Under the pieces are notes generated by a model, which worked only from the letters and a program-made list of their open reading frames with translations, was not told the origin of the DNA and did not search any database. From positions 1-40,565 of the IMG/VR virus record IMGVR_UViG_3300030330_000807: a stretch of DNA of 40,565 bases; one strand, given 5' to 3'. Positions 1 through 9,833 of the stretch are shown here, piece after piece (position 1 is the stretch's first letter; the number at the start of each line of letters is the position of its first letter). The position numbers and the translations under genes were made by a program. The stretch comes from a virus (Duplodnaviria; Caudoviricetes).

Positions 1-13
1 CTAGGGTAAAATT

Positions 14-349
14 ATGGCAATACAATTATACACAAAAATTAAATTATATTTAGAAGCAAACTCAAAAACTTGGGAAGCTGAACAAGGTAATATTGAATTA
101 AGAAATGAAGGTTTAGGAGATGGTGATTACATTCATGCATGGAACGTAGATGGATTAGATAAACCTACTGATGAACAACTAAAATCTTACGAAACAAATG
201 CAAAAAAAGAAGAAGCAAATCATAGAATAAGACAGACTAGAAAGACAGCCTATGGAGATATAGGTGAGCAATTAGATGAAATCTATAAAGATATAGATGC
301 GTGGAAAGCACGAATTAAAAAAATTAAAGATGATAATCCAAAGGAATAA
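14..349 (+). CDS. Small tail-fibre-associated protein (XkdW-like N-terminus)
   Basis: 111-aa ORF with YIHAWNVDGLDKPTDEQL and R..AYGDIGEQLDEIY...W..RI..IKDDNPK, typical of small proteins paired with tail-fibre genes in marine phages. Confidence 0.6.
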   Translation: MAIQLYTKIKLYLEANSKTWEAEQGNIELRNEGLGDGDYIHAWNVDGLDKPTDEQLKSYETNAKKEEANHRIRQTRKTAYGDIGEQLDEIYKDIDAWKARIKKIKDDNPKE

Positions 350-352
350 CAT

Positions 353-2131
353 ATGCCATACATAGGAAAAACAACAGACGGATTTGGAGTACGAAATAGG
401 TTCGTATACCTAGCATCAAGTGGTGACACATCCGTAAGTGGAGCAGATGCCAATGGTGCTACTCTAACATTTACAGATGGTGCATACGTTGATGTGTATC
501 TCAATGGTATCCTACTAAAACCAACAACAGATTATAACACAAGCACTGCTAACACGATAGCAGGTCTATCAGCACTCAATACAAATGATGAAGTGACTGT
601 GGTGGTGTATGACGTATTTACTGTTGCTGACATGGTAAGTGCTACAAGTGGTGGTACGTTTAGTGGGAATGTTACTTTTAATGGTGATGCAACTATAGGT
701 GACGATTTAACATTTAGTTCTGATGGTGCAGTGTTATCTTTTGGAGCAGATGCAGATGTAACACTGACTCATGTTGCAGACCAAGGACTTACACTTAAAA
801 GCACAGCAACAGATGGTGCTAGTGGATTAGGACCTGTACTAAATTTATCAACAGGCGACACAGATATTGCGTCAGGAAATCAACTTGGAACAATTAACTT
901 TCAAGCACCTAATGAAGGAACAGGAACTGATGCAATATTAGTTGGTGCATCTATTACAGCGATTGCACAAGAAGACTTTGCTGCAGATGCAAACGGCACT
1001 TCTTTGCTTTTACGTTCAAGTGACTCAGGAACTAATGATGGTGGATATTTAGAAGTAAGAAATGACGGAATAATACGAGTTTTACAAAATAATCCGGGTG
1101 GTAAAATAAGACTTGAAGCAGGTCAGACAGGAACTGCAAATACAGATATTACAGGTGAAGTACAATTTTATCATAATGATTCAAGTGGTGCAGGTGTTCA
1201 TGCAAATATACAAGGAATGTCTACAAACTCTGTAGGTGCAGGTGCGTTACTTATTGGCACAGGAACAACATCAGCAACTGAAAGAGTAAGAGTCAACACA
1301 TTAGGTGCAGTAAAAGCTAGAGCAGATGGAACTACAACACAATCAGATTTAAGTGACTCAGTTCACGAATTTGCTATGGCTTCCTCTTCTAAAGACATTG
1401 CAAGATTTGGTGTTTCAAATACATCTTATGGAAACAATGGTGTTAATATAGGTTGCACAAGGTCATCATCAACCTCTTATAATATGTTAGCAACACATCA
1501 TGGAAATGATGGTTCTGATAGATATTCTGATAGAACTTTTATGGTAAGAGGTGATGGTCAAATATTTTCGGATGCAGGAACAACCATTACAAGTGGTGCT
1601 GACTATGCAGAATATTTTGAATGGAAAGATGGTAATGGTTCTAATGAAGATAGAATAGGACAATCTGTAGTTCTTGATGATAATAAAATTCGTAAAGCTA
1701 CAAGTAGTGACAGTGCATCTAGTATTATAGGTGTTGTATCTGGTAATCCATCTGTTGTTGGAGATAGTGCAGAACTAAGATGGCAAGGTAAATGGGAACT
1801 AGATGATTTTAACAGAAGACAGACAGAGGAAGTAGAAGTGTGGGAGTGGAAAGATGATGATGGTGTAATGCACTCTTATCGTAAAGATAAAGTTCCAGAA
1901 GGTCTTGCAGTTCCTAGTGATAAAACAGTTAAAAAAGTTATTAATGATAAGTATAGTTCATCCTATGACGCATCTAAAAAAGATGATTATGTTCCAAGAA
2001 AAGATAGAAAAGAATGGGATGCAGTTGGTCTGATGGGTAAGTTGCGTATGTTAAAAGGACAACCAACAGGAGATAGATGGATTAAAATGAGAGATATATC
2101 TGATACAGTAGAGGAGTGGTTAGTAAGATGA
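353..2131 (+). CDS. Tail fibre/spike with C-terminal Peptidase_G2-type intramolecular chaperone
   Basis: 592 aa, G/T/S-rich beta repeats; N-terminal VDVYLNGILL..DY anchor-like motif; C-terminal ADYAEYFEW...IIGVVS...YVPRKDRKEWDAVGLMGKL; RBS AAGGA. Confidence 0.8.
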   Translation: MPYIGKTTDGFGVRNRFVYLASSGDTSVSGADANGATLTFTDGAYVDVYLNGILLKPTTDYNTSTANTIAGLSALNTNDEVTVVVYDVFTVADMVSATSGGTFSGNVTFNGDATIGDDLTFSSDGAVLSFGADADVTLTHVADQGLTLKSTATDGASGLGPVLNLSTGDTDIASGNQLGTINFQAPNEGTGTDAILVGASITAIAQEDFAADANGTSLLLRSSDSGTNDGGYLEVRNDGIIRVLQNNPGGKIRLEAGQTGTANTDITGEVQFYHNDSSGAGVHANIQGMSTNSVGAGALLIGTGTTSATERVRVNTLGAVKARADGTTTQSDLSDSVHEFAMASSSKDIARFGVSNTSYGNNGVNIGCTRSSSTSYNMLATHHGNDGSDRYSDRTFMVRGDGQIFSDAGTTITSGADYAEYFEWKDGNGSNEDRIGQSVVLDDNKIRKATSSDSASSIIGVVSGNPSVVGDSAELRWQGKWELDDFNRRQTEEVEVWEWKDDDGVMHSYRKDKVPEGLAVPSDKTVKKVINDKYSSSYDASKKDDYVPRKDRKEWDAVGLMGKLRMLKGQPTGDRWIKMRDISDTVEEWLVR

Positions 2132-3210
2132 GCAGAGCAAGAACATTCGCAGATTTAGCTACAGCATCTGAAGAGGGTAGTTTAGCTAATCGTAATTATT
2201 TTTATAATGGCGATATGCAAATTTATCAAAGAGGTAGCACGGCTGTTGCATCAGATAGTATAGCTAGAACTTTAGATAGATGGAGAATGTACAATTATTC
2301 TGATGGTGCAGTAACAGTAACTCAAGATACAAATGCTCCATCTGCAACAGCATTTACAAAGTCTCTTAAAATAGATGTTACAACTGCTGATAGCAGTATA
2401 GGTGCAGATGAAGTAGCGTTTATACAACAAAGATTTGAAGGACAAGATTTACAAAATTTTTTAAAAGGAACATCAAGTGCGAAAAAAGGAACACTACAAT
2501 TTTGGGTAAGTTCGCCTAAAACAGGAACACATATTGTTGAATGGTACGATACAGATAATTCAAGACAGATATCAAAAACATACACAATTAGTAGTGCTAA
2601 CACTTGGGAGTTTAAAACAATAACATTTGATGCTGATACAACTGGAACTTGGAACAATGATAATTTACAATCATTAGAGATTACTTGGTGGCTGTGTGCA
2701 GGAACTAATTTTACAAGTGGTACGTTAAATACTACATGGGGAAGTGTTACAGCAGCTAATCGTGCTGTAGGTCAGGTAAATGTATTTGATAATACTTCTA
2801 ATAATTTTTATTTAACAGGTGTGCAATTAGAATTAGGTGAAGTTGCTACACCTTTTAAACATGAAACTTATATAGATAGTTTAGCTAGATGCCAAAGATA
2901 TTTTCAAATTTCTGGAACTGCTAGAACATATGGTATTGTTGCTGCTCAACATACTGCCACTAATTGTTACTCAAATCTTAGATGGTGGCAACTTATGAGG
3001 GCTGCACCAACAGTTACCATAGGTGCTACTTCTGCCTACAATGTGTATAACGCAACAGAAAATGTAACTATTTCTGATATTGATGCTGCTCAAATTACTG
3101 CTAATAGTTGTGAGTTATATGCAACTATGTCTAGTAGAACAGCAGGAACAGCAACTCATATAAATACTAATGGGGATACTACTTTTTGGAAAGCAGAGTC
3201 GGAGTTATAA
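2128..3210 (+). CDS. Tail fibre protein with carbohydrate-binding-like domain
   Basis: ATGA overlap with the upstream stop places the start at 2128; motifs NRNYFYNGDMQIYQRG, DRW and TGVQLELGEVATPF..E....LARCQRYF. Confidence 0.7.
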   Translation: MSRARTFADLATASEEGSLANRNYFYNGDMQIYQRGSTAVASDSIARTLDRWRMYNYSDGAVTVTQDTNAPSATAFTKSLKIDVTTADSSIGADEVAFIQQRFEGQDLQNFLKGTSSAKKGTLQFWVSSPKTGTHIVEWYDTDNSRQISKTYTISSANTWEFKTITFDADTTGTWNNDNLQSLEITWWLCAGTNFTSGTLNTTWGSVTAANRAVGQVNVFDNTSNNFYLTGVQLELGEVATPFKHETYIDSLARCQRYFQISGTARTYGIVAAQHTATNCYSNLRWWQLMRAAPTVTIGATSAYNVYNATENVTISDIDAAQITANSCELYATMSSRTAGTATHINTNGDTTFWKAESEL

Positions 3211-3214
3211 TAAA

Positions 3215-3388
3215 ATGAAAATTACTAAAGTAAAGTATATAAAGGATTTAGAAGAAAAAAATTCTTCAATAAAAGCAACAATAGATGGTGTTGAGTGCTA
3301 CGTTCCAATAGATGAAGCTAATACAGAATACGCTGAAATCAAACGACAAGTTGATGCAGGTGAACTAACAATAGAGGATGCAGACTAA
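3215..3388 (+). CDS. Small tail-fibre assembly/chaperone-like protein
   Basis: GGAG before ATG 3215; VPIDEANTEY..I...V..GELTIEDAD motif common downstream of fibre genes. Confidence 0.6.
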   Translation: MKITKVKYIKDLEEKNSSIKATIDGVECYVPIDEANTEYAEIKRQVDAGELTIEDAD

Positions 3389-3861
3389 TGGCAATAACAC
3401 TAATAGGCAGAAAAGGAATATATGATGGTGGTATTTTACAATTAGTATCTGCACAATCTGTTGCAGCTATATCAACATCTAATACTTCAGCAACGGAAGT
3501 TTCAGCTTTGACTTGTTCTATTACCCCAACGGAAAGTGGTAATAAGATAATTTGGAATATGCATGGTGGTCATATGAGTTATAATACTAGTGAAGTTAGA
3601 TTAAAAACTTGGCTTTACATAAAAGTTGGAAGTGGTTCTGCTGCTAATGCTCATCCCTCTGGTGGGGATAGTAAATGGACTGAAACAAACATGGCTAGTA
3701 CATTTGGTCATTCTACCTCAATGCATCATGTATATACTACAACAAACACGGATACGTTAGAATTTACTCCATATATTGCATCAAGTAATGGAAGCTACAC
3801 TTGTGGATTAAATTATTCTCCTTATGTTATAACAGCTACTGTTATGGAGATTAAGGCATGA
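3388..3861 (+). CDS. Short tail-fibre-like protein
   Basis: 157 aa; GGILQLV...SITPT..GNKI and C-terminal ITATVMEIKA pattern; translationally coupled to neighbours. Confidence 0.55.
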   Translation: MAITLIGRKGIYDGGILQLVSAQSVAAISTSNTSATEVSALTCSITPTESGNKIIWNMHGGHMSYNTSEVRLKTWLYIKVGSGSAANAHPSGGDSKWTETNMASTFGHSTSMHHVYTTTNTDTLEFTPYIASSNGSYTCGLNYSPYVITATVMEIKA

Positions 3862-4094
3862 GTTTAACAACCACACAAAAATTTGAAAAAGCTATGGATA
3901 AAATTGGTTTAAATCCGGGATACTTATATGTAGGTGAACCACCTGAAACAGAAGAAATATTTTTAAAAAGTTTTCAAAGAACTGTAGGAATTGAAAAACG
4001 AGATGATGGCTCAGAAGTAGCTATAATGAGTAGTGACCCAAAAGATTTTGGTGTTACATGGACGCAAATTAAAGCCGAGATGGATAAACTTTAA
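3858..4094 (+). CDS. Small tail-fibre-associated protein
   Basis: 78 aa, ATGA coupling; GEPPETE..F and SSDPKDFGVTWTQIK motif. Confidence 0.55.
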   Translation: MSLTTTQKFEKAMDKIGLNPGYLYVGEPPETEEIFLKSFQRTVGIEKRDDGSEVAIMSSDPKDFGVTWTQIKAEMDKL

Positions 4095-4580
4095 ATGTCT
4101 TTTTCATCTGTAGCTTTTTCCCAAACACCCTTTGCAGCATCAGGTGATGTAACAACTTTTGTTTCAGGTGTACAAGGAACAATAGCAATAGGCACAGTTA
4201 CAGCAGTAGCATCATCAGCTGCTCAAAACTTAACAGGTGTAGGTGCAACACTTTCTATTGGAACAGTAACAACTACTGTTGCTATAGTGCCTACAGGTGT
4301 AGTAATTACAGGTTCTATAGGAACACCTACACTAACAGCAAATGCTGATATAACATTAGCTAGTGCTGTTGGTACGTTTATAGCAGGAACAATTACTGCT
4401 ACAGGTGTTCAGTTTGATTTTGAAGCAGTTAAAGATCAGTTTGATATATCAAGAGTTGTATACGTCAAGGCAAAAAGCACAGCAGACGAAAGAACAGTAA
4501 ACGTAAAAGAAGAAATAAGATTAACATTTGTAGCAAGACAATCATCATCAGATGATAGAACAATAAGAATAGCAGCGTAG
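4095..4580 (+). CDS. Virion structural protein (tail-associated, T/G/V-rich repeats)
   Basis: N-terminal FSSVAFSQTPFA; repeated G...T..IGTVT units. Confidence 0.55.
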   Translation: MSFSSVAFSQTPFAASGDVTTFVSGVQGTIAIGTVTAVASSAAQNLTGVGATLSIGTVTTTVAIVPTGVVITGSIGTPTLTANADITLASAVGTFIAGTITATGVQFDFEAVKDQFDISRVVYVKAKSTADERTVNVKEEIRLTFVARQSSSDDRTIRIAA

Positions 4581-4594
4581 AGGAGTTAGATTAA

Positions 4595-4942
4595 ATGTCA
4601 TTCAGATGGCCCATTAAAGACCCTGATGAACAGTTAGATTATAGTGTAGATTGGTCTAGATTTTTAGGAACAGCTACTATTAGTAGTGTTGCGTGGTCTG
4701 TAAAATCAACAGAGTTTGCTACGGAAACTACACTAGCTAGTGGACAAACTCTTGCCACTGCATCTAGTAGTGCAACTTCTGACACCATACAAAATGTATC
4801 CCAAACAAATACAACAACTGTTGCAACAATAAATATTGCAGGTGGTACTGCAAATAGAGAGTACACATTTTTTTGTTCAATGACTGATAGTACAGGAAGT
4901 ACAGCAAAGAGAAGTGTTAAACTAGCTGTGAGAGATAAGTAA
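4595..4942 (+). CDS. Putative tail-fibre adaptor protein
   Basis: KDPDEQLDYSVDWS motif; RBS GAGGAG. Confidence 0.6.
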   Translation: MSFRWPIKDPDEQLDYSVDWSRFLGTATISSVAWSVKSTEFATETTLASGQTLATASSSATSDTIQNVSQTNTTTVATINIAGGTANREYTFFCSMTDSTGSTAKRSVKLAVRDK

Positions 4943-5694
4943 TGGCATATAATTTTTTATCAATTGTAAATGATGTAAACAGAAGATTAAATGAAGTAGA
5001 GTTAACGTCTACTAATTTTTCTACTGCATCAGGTTTTTATAATCTAGCAAAGGATGCAGTCAATGCTTCAGTAAGATATATCAACCAATCAGAATATGAA
5101 TGGCCCTATAACCATGTACTTCAAGAAGATACATTGACAGCAAGTACGGCAAGATATCCATTTCCTGATGATGCAAAGACAATTAACTTTAGGAGTTTTA
5201 GAATAAAAGAAAACGATACTTTAGGTAATCAAACCATGAAACTAAAAGAGTTAGCATATAATGAATACCTAGAAAAGTATGTTGATCAAGAATATAAATC
5301 TGATCCTGTAAAAGGAGTTCCAAGATTTATTGTGTATGCTCCGTCTTTAGAATATATATTACAACCCTTACCTGACAAAGCGTATGAATTAGTTTACGAA
5401 TACTACAGAATAGCTGTAGAATTAGAGAACCATAATGATGTACCAAATGTACCTGAAAGATTTAAACATATCATAGTTGATGGTGCAATGCACTATGCAT
5501 ATTTATTTAGAGGTAATACGCAAGATGCTGTAGTAGCAAAAGAAAAGTTTGATGAAGGTATTAAACACATGCGTTCACTTCTAATAAATAATAATTATAT
5601 TTATGTTAGGTCTTACATGACTCCTGTTGCAGGTGGTAGAGGTAGAGTTGGAACATCTTTAACAAATGCAGGTTCATCACTGGATTCACTATAA
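4942..5694 (+). CDS. Tail adaptor / tubular protein A-like
   Basis: 250 aa; LSIVNDVNRRLNE, EWP, PLPDKAY.L.YEYY and P.VPERFKHIIVDGA; podoviral position before the nozzle gene. Confidence 0.7.
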   Translation: MAYNFLSIVNDVNRRLNEVELTSTNFSTASGFYNLAKDAVNASVRYINQSEYEWPYNHVLQEDTLTASTARYPFPDDAKTINFRSFRIKENDTLGNQTMKLKELAYNEYLEKYVDQEYKSDPVKGVPRFIVYAPSLEYILQPLPDKAYELVYEYYRIAVELENHNDVPNVPERFKHIIVDGAMHYAYLFRGNTQDAVVAKEKFDEGIKHMRSLLINNNYIYVRSYMTPVAGGRGRVGTSLTNAGSSLDSL

Positions 5695-7950
5695 ATGCCT
5701 ACTACATGGAAAACATATCCTTTAGAATTTAAGGGTGGATTAATATCTAATCTATCTCCATTACAACATGGTATGCAACTTCCCAACACAGCTAGAGTGT
5801 TAAGTAACTTTGAACCATCTGTGCAAGGTGGATTTAGAAGAATAGAAGGTTTTCAAAAGTTTGATGATAATCAAGTACCACCTTATGGTGAGCCTAAAGT
5901 ATCTACAACAGTATCATCAGGTGGTAGTAGTATAGTTTTAGCGAACATGTTTTCATCTCCTAGCGTAGATGACACATTTACAGTAGCAGGTAATGCACAA
6001 GTTTATACTGTGTCATCTGTAGATACAACAGACTTAACAGCAAATAAAAGAGTTACAGTAGGTTTTACACCTAATCTTGTAGCAAATGCAACAGATCAAG
6101 TAGCTGTTACTTTTGTGACAGGATCAGGAGATATGGAAGGTGTAGCATCTTTTGAAGATATAGCAGTCGTAGCAAGAGGTGGTAACTTATTTAGATCAGC
6201 AGGTTCTGCATCTAATTGGACTAGAATAAATGTACCTGTGTATGGAACAGTGTTAGTAAATGGTGGGTCACAAACAGGAAGTACACTAGCCATAGACGGA
6301 TTAACTGCCGCACCTCAAGCAGGCGACACATTTACAGTGGCAGGTATAGCAAAGGTTTATACAGTAACAGCAGATGCAACTGTATCGTCAGGTGGGTCAA
6401 CAATAAATATAAACCCTGCTCTTGCAAGTTCTCCTGCTGATGATGCAGCAGTTACATTTCTATCGTCTGATAGATCGTTGATGTCAAAGCATAGATTTGC
6501 AACTTTTAATTTTAATGGCACGGAAACTTTAGTTGGTGTAGATGAGGTAAACAAACCTTTTACTTTTGATGGATCAACCTTTACATCAATAGACAATGCA
6601 CCCTCAGATGTTATTGGAGCAACCCATGTAGCAAACTTTAAAAATCATATAATGTTTGCAAAAGGTTCTAATATAGTGTATACTGCATTATTTACAGCAG
6701 ATGATTTTACAGCGGCATCAGGTGCAGGTACAATAAATGTTGGTGACGTAATTACAGGTATTGTTGTATTTAGAGAACAGCTAATTATATTTAGTGAAAG
6801 AAGAATACAAAGACTTGTAGGTTCATCAGAAGCTGACTTTCAACTACAACCTATTACAATGGACATTGGGTGTGTAGCACCTGATACAATACAAGAAATA
6901 GGTGGTGACATTTTATTCTTAGGACCTGATGGTATAAGATCATTAAGTGCTACAGATAAGATAGGTGACTTTGGTTTAGCTGTTACTTCTAAACAGATAC
7001 AGGATGAAGTAACAAACTTTGTAAATAGAAATACATCATTTGCAAGTATAGTTATTAGAGAAAAAAGTCAGTACAGAATATTAGGTTTTAATCGTAGTAT
7101 TACTACAACTTCTGCACAAGGTTTAATGGCTACACAATTACAAGAAGGTTTAGCTTGGGGTGAGCTTAGAGGTATAAGAGCATTTGTAGCAGACAGTAAT
7201 TACAATGGTACATCTGAATTAATTGTGTTTGCACATACAGATGGGTATGTATATAGAATGGAAGATGGTAATAGTTTTGATGGTAGTAACATAATATCTA
7301 CATTTGCTACACCATTTTTTCCAGTTACTGATCCTAGAGTTAGAAAATCTTTTTATAAGATGTTTCTATTTACAGACCCACAAGGTAGTTTTAATTCAGA
7401 CTTTTCATTAAAGTATGATTTTGCTGATCCATCTATAATACAACCTGCAACTAAAACAATATCTAATACAGCAGTTGCAAGTGAACAAGCTATATATGGT
7501 AATGTGCAGTTTGCTCATGGTGGATTAGTAAACAACGGAAGTAATTATAGTTCAGGTGTTACTACTATTGCAGTAGATAACTTATCTACATCTAATTTAA
7601 TTGCAGGTGATACATTTATAATTGCAGGTCAAGGAACAGGATCAGGTGCTAGTTTTGTACATACAGTATTTACACTATCATCTACACCATCTATAACAAA
7701 CAATGCAGGTAATTTTACTTTTAGTCCTGCAACACCTTCTAGTTTAAATGATAATACTAAGATATCATTTAAAACTGTAAACTCTGTAGGTTCTTCAACA
7801 TATGGTGGAGAAAGTTTAAAAAGTATATTTGAAGAACAAACTACAGGATCAGGATTTACAGCATCATTACAGTTTGAGTCAGAGTCTACAGATGCTCCAT
7901 ACTCATTAGATGCTGTAACATTAGAATACGCAGAACACACACATTCATAG
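5695..7950 (+). CDS. Tail nozzle / tubular protein B-like with three inserted beta-rich repeats
   Basis: 751 aa; N-terminal FKGGL, propeller-like motifs (ITGIVVFREQLIIF, DIGCVAPDTIQEIGGDILFLGPDG); follows the adaptor gene. Confidence 0.7.
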   Translation: MPTTWKTYPLEFKGGLISNLSPLQHGMQLPNTARVLSNFEPSVQGGFRRIEGFQKFDDNQVPPYGEPKVSTTVSSGGSSIVLANMFSSPSVDDTFTVAGNAQVYTVSSVDTTDLTANKRVTVGFTPNLVANATDQVAVTFVTGSGDMEGVASFEDIAVVARGGNLFRSAGSASNWTRINVPVYGTVLVNGGSQTGSTLAIDGLTAAPQAGDTFTVAGIAKVYTVTADATVSSGGSTININPALASSPADDAAVTFLSSDRSLMSKHRFATFNFNGTETLVGVDEVNKPFTFDGSTFTSIDNAPSDVIGATHVANFKNHIMFAKGSNIVYTALFTADDFTAASGAGTINVGDVITGIVVFREQLIIFSERRIQRLVGSSEADFQLQPITMDIGCVAPDTIQEIGGDILFLGPDGIRSLSATDKIGDFGLAVTSKQIQDEVTNFVNRNTSFASIVIREKSQYRILGFNRSITTTSAQGLMATQLQEGLAWGELRGIRAFVADSNYNGTSELIVFAHTDGYVYRMEDGNSFDGSNIISTFATPFFPVTDPRVRKSFYKMFLFTDPQGSFNSDFSLKYDFADPSIIQPATKTISNTAVASEQAIYGNVQFAHGGLVNNGSNYSSGVTTIAVDNLSTSNLIAGDTFIIAGQGTGSGASFVHTVFTLSSTPSITNNAGNFTFSPATPSSLNDNTKISFKTVNSVGSSTYGGESLKSIFEEQTTGSGFTASLQFESESTDAPYSLDAVTLEYAEHTHS

Positions 7951-7958
7951 GATTTATT

Positions 7959-9833
7959 ATGGCAGGTTACTCAAGAACAGATACGACAAACAATATAGCT
8001 GATGGTAATATTATCAACGCTTCAGATTTTGACGGAGAGTTTGATGCAATAGCTACAGCTTTTGGAACGTCAGGACATACGCATGATGGTACATCAGAGA
8101 ATGGTGGAGCTATAACTAAGATAGGTCCTGCTCAAGACCTTGTAGTTTCAGCTTCTCTTGTTACACCAAAAACAACTAACACATTAGATATAGGTACAGA
8201 TGCTCTAGAGTTTAAAGATATATATATAGATGGTATAGCTTATATTGATGGACTAGGTAGAGACATGCTCGTAGCATCAGACAAAAAAATAGAGTTTAGA
8301 GATGATGCAATATTTATAAACTCATCAACAAATGGTCAATTAGATATAGACGCAGATGTTACAGTACAAATAAACACAGCAACTCTTGATATTGACGCAA
8401 GTTCTTCAGTTAATATATCAGGTGCTACAACAATAGGTGGTGTTATAACTGCAACAACAGGAACACATTCATTAGGTGCAACAAGTTTTAATGATAATGC
8501 TATAACTAATGTTGGAGACATACAACTAGACTCTATAACAGGAGATGATGATACAGATACATCAATTACTTTTTCAGGTAGTAATATAATAACAATAGCA
8601 ACAGGTGGTTCAAATAGATTGACAATAGCAGATGGTGCATTATCTCCTGTAACAACTAATCAAATAGATTTAGGAACATCTTCTTTAGAATATAAGAATG
8701 CTTTCTTTGATGGCACAGTTACAACAGACGCACTTGTAGCTGATACAGCAGATATAGATGCAGGTACAATTGATGGTGTTACACTTGGTACAAATAGTGC
8801 TATAACACAGGCTGTCATAGATAATGTTAATATCAATGGTGCACAAATTGGACATACAGATGACACAGATTTAGTGACACTTGCTGATCAAGCTGTAACA
8901 ATAGCAGGATCATTAACTCTATCAGGAGGTCTAACAGTCAATGGTACAACTACAACTGTAGCGACAACTAATACTGTTGCTACTGATTCATTAATAGAAT
9001 TAGCAAATGGTACAAGTGGATCACCTGCTAATGATGCAGGAATTGTTATAGAGAGAGGGTCAGCTAATAATGCTTTTATGGGTTTTGACGAGAGTGCAGA
9101 TAAATTTATAGTTGGAACAGGCACATTCACAGGAGCAAGTACAGGTGATCTTACAATAACTACAGGAACACTTGTTGCTAATTTAGAGGGTAATGTAACA
9201 GGTGATACAACTGGTACAAATATAGGCACATTAAAAAAGACAGCTAGTGACACAGCTTTTACTTTACCTGCTAGTGACGGAAGTGCCAATGAATTTTTAA
9301 AAACAGATGGTTCTGGAAACTTAGGTTTTTCGGCTGTTACAGTAAACAACTCAGGATTTGATGCATCAGGAAGTGAACAACTAACTGTATCTAAAGGTGG
9401 TACAGGTGCTACATCGTTTACAAACAATAGAGTGCTAACAGGAAATGGTACAAGTGCTATTGTAGATGAAGCTAATCTAACTTTTGATGGTAGCACTCTT
9501 TCTGTTACAGGTGGTGTAACAGCTACAGGCACAGTACAAGGTTTAGAAGTTACAGCAACTTCAGATGAAAGATTAAAGTCTGACATACAAACAATAGATA
9601 ATGCCTTAGACAAAGTTATGAAAATGCGTGGTGTAACTTATACAATGCAAGATCAAAAGGGTACAGGTGTAGTTGCACAAGAGATAGAAAAAATATTACC
9701 TGAAGTTGTGGTAGATAATGAATACAAATCTGTAGCATACGGCAACATAGTTGGTGTTCTTATAGAAGCAATAAAAGATTTGAAAAAAGAAATAGACGAA
9801 CATAAACAAGGTTGTAAGTGTCATGGCTCTTAG
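7959..9833 (+). CDS. Tail fibre with C-terminal Peptidase_S74 intramolecular chaperone
   Basis: 624 aa; N-terminal H.HDGT anchor; C-terminal SDERLKSDI...ALDKV...GVVAQEIE.ILPEVV...V.Y..IVGVLIEAIKDL. Confidence 0.85.
   Translation: MAGYSRTDTTNNIADGNIINASDFDGEFDAIATAFGTSGHTHDGTSENGGAITKIGPAQDLVVSASLVTPKTTNTLDIGTDALEFKDIYIDGIAYIDGLGRDMLVASDKKIEFRDDAIFINSSTNGQLDIDADVTVQINTATLDIDASSSVNISGATTIGGVITATTGTHSLGATSFNDNAITNVGDIQLDSITGDDDTDTSITFSGSNIITIATGGSNRLTIADGALSPVTTNQIDLGTSSLEYKNAFFDGTVTTDALVADTADIDAGTIDGVTLGTNSAITQAVIDNVNINGAQIGHTDDTDLVTLADQAVTIAGSLTLSGGLTVNGTTTTVATTNTVATDSLIELANGTSGSPANDAGIVIERGSANNAFMGFDESADKFIVGTGTFTGASTGDLTITTGTLVANLEGNVTGDTTGTNIGTLKKTASDTAFTLPASDGSANEFLKTDGSGNLGFSAVTVNNSGFDASGSEQLTVSKGGTGATSFTNNRVLTGNGTSAIVDEANLTFDGSTLSVTGGVTATGTVQGLEVTATSDERLKSDIQTIDNALDKVMKMRGVTYTMQDQKGTGVVAQEIEKILPEVVVDNEYKSVAYGNIVGVLIEAIKDLKKEIDEHKQGCKCHGS

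Noticed and set aside
8888-9613. 241-aa antisense ORF and the other opposite-strand ORFs in the track (e.g. 11714-12070, 24959-25399, 32372-32863, 40255-40458)
   Set aside because: They are shadows of well-supported genes on the other strand, with no RBS or recognisable motifs.
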